NCBI GenBank assembly: GCA_951406725.2
Contig: OX597825.1
Coordinates: 87,482,001 to 87,546,000, forward strand
DNA: 64,000 bases
Source of the DNA: Octopus vulgaris
Taxonomy: Eukaryota
Direction of reading: 5' to 3'
The position numbers and the translations under genes were made by a program. Within the stretch, counting starts at the first letter, position 1. The number at the start of each line of letters is the position of its first letter. Positions 56,620-64,000 of the stretch are shown piece after piece. Below the pieces are notes generated by a model. It ran no database searches. It saw only the letters and a list, made by a program, of their open reading frames with translations, and was not told where the DNA came from.

Positions 56620-58230
56620 ATACCAAACACCAATAATTGAGAGACAAAATGGTAATGCGAGATTGTAAACGAAGGAGAACAAATTTGGGAATGGCTTGGA
56701 TTGACTATCACAAAACTTATTATATGATTCCACATTCATGGATCATCCAATGCTTAGATTTGTTTGGAATTGCGAGGAATGTAACGTGTTTTCTGAAGAG
56801 GGGTATGGTGGGGGTGGAAAACTAAGTTGATCTCCTATGGACAAAGCTCAGGGACCCTGGGCATCAGAAGAGGGATTTTCCAAGGTGATAACTTATCTCT
56901 ATTACTTCTTGTTCTCTGCATAATCCTTGTGATCTTGGTATTTAGAAAAATGAATCTGGGATTTCATCTAAATGGAAAATCCCAAACAATTAACCATATC
57001 CTATTCTTGGATAATTTGAAATTGTATGGCAACGATGAGGCACAAGTGAGGTCTCTGGTGAAGAAGGTCCTCTGTTTTAATGCTGATATTCGAATGGAAT
57101 TCGGTCTCAAGAACTGTGGCATAATGTACTTCAAAAGAGGTAAGGTGCACTCCCTCTCAGAGATAGAATTATCTAACAGAGAACTCATTAAACAAATTGA
57201 AAAGAGGGTTACAAATACCTTGGCATACTAGAATTCAACTAAATCCTGGAGAAGGGTGGGATAGGTTTGCCGGGATTGCGTCGAAACAGGAAAAGAGCTT
57301 AGGATGGTAAATAAAAAATACCACGTAACCGATGTTGTAATGTGTGAAGAAGTTTGGCGTCATTAAAACTGATAACTGTGTACCAAAGAATAAAAACCTT
57401 AAAGAGGTAAAGAACACAAAGAATGAAACAGCATGAAGGGAGAAAAAGTGTACGGTCAGGTTGCAAGAGGTACGAACGTCCAGATAGGTACAGAAGACCG
57501 GTGGCTATAGATGAAGAGGAGTGACCTGAAGATAGAGACAGAAACACTTATATGCGCAGCAGAAGCACAAACGTTCAGGACTAACTATGGGAAATGCAGA
57601 ATGGACAACACTACTGACAGCAACAGATGAAGAATGTGTGGTGAGAGGGATGAAATGGTATGGCACATCGTTGTGGAATGCCTGCGAATACAAAAGACAT
57701 GCCAATGTGGCAAGAATGATCCGCTCCGTGGATATCACGGCCTTCAACGAACGAAAACGTGGTACGAACAAACCCCAAAAGGAGTCGCTCAGAACGAAAA
57801 TTGCAAAATCCTATGCAGTGTAATGATACAGGGCAACCACCTGACCAGACATCGGAAACCGGACATTGTTGCGGTGAATAAGAGAGAACGTGCATGATAA
57901 TCGACATAGGATATCCCGGTGACAACACGTTCAAAGATAAAGAAGAAAAACTGAAAAGACTACGAAAATTTTAAGTGGGAAATACGAAGGTTGTGGTCAA
58001 TGAGGAGAGTAGACGTATAACCAATAGTAATTAGTGCAATTGGCAGTATCAGTACCTAAATACCAGCATGGCTGAAAAAGCTTGGTACAAATGTAAAGGT
58101 AAAGCCCTTCCAGAAATCAGCGTTACTTAGAACAGCAAGAATTCTTCACAGGGTTCTTGAAGCATGACCAGTAAACAAATATCAACTTGGTCTGCTGGCT
58201 GTGGGCAGCTGACACATTCTATCATATTAA
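56620..58230 (+). mobile_element. 5'-truncated R4/Dong-like LINE (RT + Zn knuckle + restriction-like endonuclease), decayed
   Basis: MAWIDYHK..IPHSW, RGIFQGD, INHILFLDNLKLY, HIVVEC, KPDIV, QKSALLRTARILHRVL*. Starts beside a (TAA)n tract, the known Dong target type. Confidence 0.88.
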
Positions 58231-58234
58231 CCTA

Positions 58235-58480
58235 TTAAGAATATTGGAACTGCTCTCAGGTTCGCAGTGATCCAGAAGACAGCGTTATTGGGTACATCTC
58301 ACATTCTAAGGAGACTACTGTCTCTTTGAGTCACAGGAGAAGGCACTACTTGAAACCTTTGGTGATTTGTTATTGCCTGCATTCAAGTAAAGAACAACCG
58401 GTAATTAAGGACTATCCGAGAGTTATTCATGGTAGCAACAACAACAACAACAACAACAACAACGGAAAACAACAACAACG
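58235..58480 (+). mobile_element. Second R4/Dong-like 3' end with (CAA)n tail
   Basis: IQKTALLGTSHILRRLLSL* (58270-58329), then a short 3' region and CAA repeats. Confidence 0.7.
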
Positions 58481-58733
58481 CTGACGACGACAAAAACAAC
58501 AACAACTACAATATGTGCATCCAATACAAAATGGAACACCAACACGGACGACAAAATGAAGAACAGTGTTGCTAGAGACGAACTGATATTTCAGAGCAGA
58601 GACGTCAGCTACGATCGCCTTTTCTCCGTAGATTTCCTGAAGATAATTACAAGCTTAACAATAATACTAACAATAGTAAACAAGCTTAACAATAATACTT
58701 AGACAAGAATCCTCAGCTAGCAGGCCATGCTAC

Positions 58734-58775
58734 TCCACACTGATGACGAGCAAGATTCAGAAACTAGTCTCTGGA
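58734..58775 (+). ncRNA. Minimal hammerhead-like motif
   Basis: TCCACA CTGATGA ... GAAA CTAG TC TCTGGA. Palindromic stem III, one stem I mismatch, weak stem II. Confidence 0.55.
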
Positions 58776-59936
58776 TGCAACCCTAGCTGTTGGGGATGCT
58801 TGTCTCCCCTTTGTAAACATAAGGACACAGGAAATGTGTCAAGGCCGACAGGAAGCGTTGATGCTTCCTAGGGCTAAATAGCAGTGGTGTAATTCCCCTT
58901 TACGGAACTGTCACGTTAAGTTGACAGTATACAACTGCTCTAACAATAACATTGTTGTCCGTTAAAAGCATTGTATAGGATTTTGTGAGCGGAGCGCTGA
59001 GAGACATTGTTTGTGTGCCATCTGCCATCCTTTGTTTGACTGTCTCTGGTAGTTAGTCTGAAAACATATTTGTCTCTCTTGATGGCATATATAAATTCAC
59101 TTGACTGTTTTCCATCTGAGAAATAGATAAAGCCGACGTGCTATCCACGTGAATAACAAGTTAAGTTAAAGCTTAAATATTTAATGCATTTTAATGGAGA
59201 GACATAAATCTAATAAGAAATAAATCTAAAATAAATGAAAAAATAAAAACAAACAGAAGCCATCATAAGTCAATGATTGGGATTAATTTATTATGACCAA
59301 TAGGGGAGACAGGTAAAGACACGTTCATTGGTTATAATGACTTTACCGATGAACTTCACAATACTTCACGGAGTAGCTTTTCCAAAAATGTTGTCATGAA
59401 ATGTAAAATATTGGAACTGGTTTAGAAAAATACAATTGTTGAGAGTAAATTATTTAGAAGCGCTACGCGGTTGGAAAGATCGTAATAGTTACTTTAGCGT
59501 TACCACATTTGATACATGGTGTATTAATTAGTGAACGACATGTAGTTATACAGAGAAGAAAAAATGAAATGAACCAATGAAAGTAATGCATACTCCACAG
59601 AAAATGTACATAAAACGATGATAGTGATATGATGTTTCTAGCGATATAAGCACATAGCTTGGTCTTACGTTCCTATACAGCGAAAAGATTGTTTTCAGGT
59701 TAGATACTTCCAATCATAGATTAGAATTTTCAAAAGCAGCCGAACGAAATCTCTCTCTATAAACAGAATATGTATGGAAATTATTCAACAGTGAATTTAA
59801 GAAGTCATACTAGGAAATATAATAAAAACGAAATCTGAAACTAGCAGCGCATAAATGTTATCACAACCTTGAAATAATTGGTTTAAATATGTAAATATTT
59901 ATTATAATGGAAAATTTTTGTTTCGTTTTGCAACAG

Positions 59937-60036
59937 GGTTATTGGTACGCTGCATAATTCGAAGGAATTTTCAGAAGCCTTCAACTGCCCAAAAGGCAGC
60001 TACATGAATCCAGAGAAGAAGTGCTCAGTGTGGTGA
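59937..60036 (+). CDS. Neprilysin-family last coding exon ([32 protein letters not shown])
   Basis: Seen: ttttgcaacag| acceptor, in frame with the previous exon, ends TGG TGA. Known: MNPxxKCxVW is the M13 C-terminus. Confidence 0.96.
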
Positions 60037-60229
60037 GATGCTGTTCGACGGTTCACTGCACAGTGTCACACTCAACATTTCTATGTGTTTTCTCCTCGGT
60101 GTACCTTCAATTTCTGGTGACTGAACATTATTACCTCGAGCAGATGTACAAATGAGAGGACACTACAAAAGAGGTTTTAACGCTATAAAATCCACCAACA
60201 AATATATATATATATATGTATATATATAC

Positions 60230-60307
<78 letters not shown>

Positions 60308-60760
60308 ATGTATATATGTATATATATATGTATATATATATACATATATAAACACATATGTACATATATATATGCATAAATGTTTGTACAAGTGTATATA
60401 TACGTATATATATATATAAGATTATATATAAATACATCACTAAATAATTATAATTACAATAATATATATATATATATATATATATGAAAAATATGAGACT
60501 ATCTTGTTAAATATAATTGTATATGATGTCTGCAGATGTTTCAATATTTTATTCCTAAATTTTCTCTACGACGTATAAATATTTGGTATTTTGTGCCGTG
60601 TATTACACATTTATTCTCATTGTAATCGTTATATTACCTGTAAATATTGCAATATTCTATCTCTCTTCAAAAAACCTTCTTTATTTTCTCTTTTTCTCAT
60701 CAACATACTATATTATAAAAACAATAATTATTAACAAAACTATGATAAACAAAATCTGAT

Positions 60761-60807
<47 letters not shown>

Positions 60808-60827
60808 TATGTATGTATATATGTATG

Positions 60828-60897
<70 letters not shown>

Positions 60898-60945
60898 CAT
60901 GTCGACATCTGTTTATGACACAAATACTTAAATTTGAAGTAGAAA

Positions 60946-60959
60946 AATAAATAAATAAA
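60946..60959 (+). promoter_or_regulatory. Candidate polyadenylation signal(s) of the neprilysin-like gene
   Basis: Overlapping AATAAA hexamers ~0.9 kb after the stop codon. Weak, because the region is very AT-rich. Confidence 0.25.
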
Positions 60960-61178
60960 ACTGGCTGAGGTGCATAATAAGAAGAAGACTTTTTTATGCA
61001 AATGTTGGAAACTACTTTTTCTCTCCTGTTTTCAGTTTGGAATTAAATTGTGTATTTTCATTTCTTTCACTACGGAGAACCCAGTGAAATTCTGTGCAGT
61101 CAACATAATTGTTGTTGAATTATAACGAGCAATGGGGAAAAAGGAAACCGACAGATATGAAAATAGAAGAAGATAATA

Positions 61179-61457
<279 letters not shown>

Positions 61458-61729
61458 GCTAATAATATTATCCTTCAAATTTACCAGCATGGCTTGCAGA
61501 CAAGATGAAACACATATAAATAAGTGATTCGTTGCAAAAATAATTCCAAATATTTAGACAAATTTTATGAAAAATATATATATATATATGTCACATTGAC
61601 AAAATAATGTCATTTCGCTGTTAAGAAGGCAGTGGTTGTCTAAATCATGGCACGCAATGTAAAAGTAATTAAAAAAGGTTTTAAGTATACAAGTAGAGAG
61701 TTGGTTAGTTTCAGATTGTTCGTATCAAT

Positions 61730-61828
<99 letters not shown>

Positions 61829-61938
61829 AGGATATACATGGAAGAATGTACACTTACATAAAAACGTATATACATATGTACATGCAGATATATGTATATA
61901 TATAAATACATATACATATATATTTACACACACACACT

Positions 61939-61973
<35 letters not shown>

Positions 61974-62514
61974 GTATGAAAATATAGATAGAGAGATATA
62001 GATATATATACACATATGCATATACATATACATTATAACTTATGTATATATACATATATACTATATTTTTATGTATATATCCGTTTATCAATATATGTAT
62101 GTTCATGTATGTATGAATGTATGTATGTAGGTCGGTATGTAGGCTTGGATATGCATATGGAATTTCATCCAAAGTGGAAAGCTCGTTCTCTTGACAAAAG
62201 GCGAGCTGTATATGAAAAAAGATGACGGAAACTGCATAGATTCTTGTGAATTAGTAGAACTGAACGAAATGTCCTGAAACAATTGTTCATTTTCGCAGCC
62301 CATTACATGAGGGGATGGCATGAATCGCTTCCGTTTACACATGCATATATATACACACAGCCACAACCACAAGGACACACATACAAACTGCTTACATACT
62401 TTATTATCTTAAAATATGTATGTATATATGTGTATATATATGTGTGTGTGTGCGTGTGTGAGCGCGTGTATACATATATATGCATATATGTATGTATGTA
62501 CGCATGTATTTATG

Positions 62515-62549
<35 letters not shown>

Positions 62550-62614
62550 TTATATAATACATATACATAATATATAAAACATATTACATATATATATATG
62601 ACATTCACACATAC

Positions 62615-62646
<32 letters not shown>

Positions 62647-63189
62647 TCATATATGGATTATGCCTAAATTTTAAACTATTGAACAGGAGCCATAATATTT
62701 CTATATTGTGTTAAGATTGGATCTAAAAATTCCAAAGCGAAAACAATCCTTCATTGTCTCACTAACCAGCGTCTTCATGACATTGGCATCACTCAGCCAG
62801 AGTTAATAACATTTCTTTTGTGGTCGGCACTCTTGATTGAGGATTGCACTGCACGAGTCCGCATGATTCCAAGCGTATTAATTGTTATTCGTATCACAAC
62901 TTCAATTATGTGCAATAACTGCAACAACTTTATACACAACTTCAACAAAAATTGCAACCTACTGTTTGATATGTAATTATATATGTGGAAATATACTTGA
63001 CCAAAATCTGTAACGTCTTTAGAAACTCTTTCCATACCACATAGACACACGCACACACACACACATATATGGATACTCTCTCACACACATATATATACAC
63101 ACACAGATATATATATATATATATATATAGTAATATATACATACATGCATATATATATATACTTATACATATATGTATCTATATCTATG

Positions 63190-63304
<115 letters not shown>

Positions 63305-63343
63305 ATGTGTGTGAAATCCAAGGTACAAGTAGGGACATTTAAG

Positions 63344-63715
63344 TTGAAAAAGGAAAAGAACGACTTCACTGGTACTTCTAATCAATTTCATTTTCTGATA
63401 ATATAATTTTACAGTTTGGTTTGTACATCTCGTAAATTTTTTCTTAACTTCGGTGGCGAGACATTAAAGATTCCTAGTTAACTTTTCTGGAGAACTTTCT
63501 TGCATTCTTGCACTCGTCGGAGGCGGTTATCAAACAGATCAGTTCCACAGCCACCACCGACGAAAGTTCTCCAGATAAGTTAACAAGGAATCTTTAATGT
63601 CTCGCCACCGAAGCTAACAAAGAACTTACTAGATCTAAAACCAAACTGTAAAATTATATTATCAGAAAATGAAATTGATTAGAAATACCAGTGAAATCGT
63701 TCTCTCCTTTTTCAA
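63344..63715. repeat. Inverted repeat, ~155-bp arms, between (TA)n tracts
   Basis: 63344-63499 mirrors 63562-63715 with scattered mismatches. Confidence 0.92.
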
Positions 63716-63827
63716 AAAAAAAAATATATGTATATATATATATACATATATATATGTATATATGTATATATATATATGTATATATGTATATATATATATA
63801 CATATATATATATATTTATATAATATG

Positions 63828-63993
<166 letters not shown>

Positions 63994-64000
63994 CACATAC

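Noticed and set aside
60037-60120. Stop-codon readthrough extension after CSVW-TGA
   Set aside because: M13 enzymes end at CxxW and no readthrough context is evident.

Overview
AT-rich, microsatellite-saturated animal DNA whose SINE, microsatellite and transposon landscape resembles an octopus (coleoid cephalopod) genome; the taxon is inferred. Most ORF-track entries are microsatellite translations. The one host gene I can support, essentially missed by the ORF track, is the 3' part of an M13 neprilysin-family zinc metallopeptidase on the + strand. It has 8 small GT-AG exons from 24255 to 60036 that splice in frame and carry VNAFY, HEITH, ENIADNGG, HSP and a terminal CSVW-stop. The most striking structure is a ~5.2 kb near-perfect palindrome (13530-18736) made of two head-to-head, 5'-truncated Penelope-like retroelement (PLE) copies (RT + GIY-YIG). 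Each arm ends in a CCAAT/TATA cluster and a minimal hammerhead ribozyme; the centre looks like a snap-back junction and both outer ends lie at or near (TA)n. Smaller fold-backs (5157-5250, 39898-40145, 63344-63715) and five further hammerhead-like motifs suggest a recurring fold-back process at microsatellites. Also present are a non-autonomous Helitron, three decayed Tc1/mariner elements, R4/Dong-like LINE fragments, a second decayed PLE and many tRNA-derived SINEs. All coordinates and alignments were done by eye.
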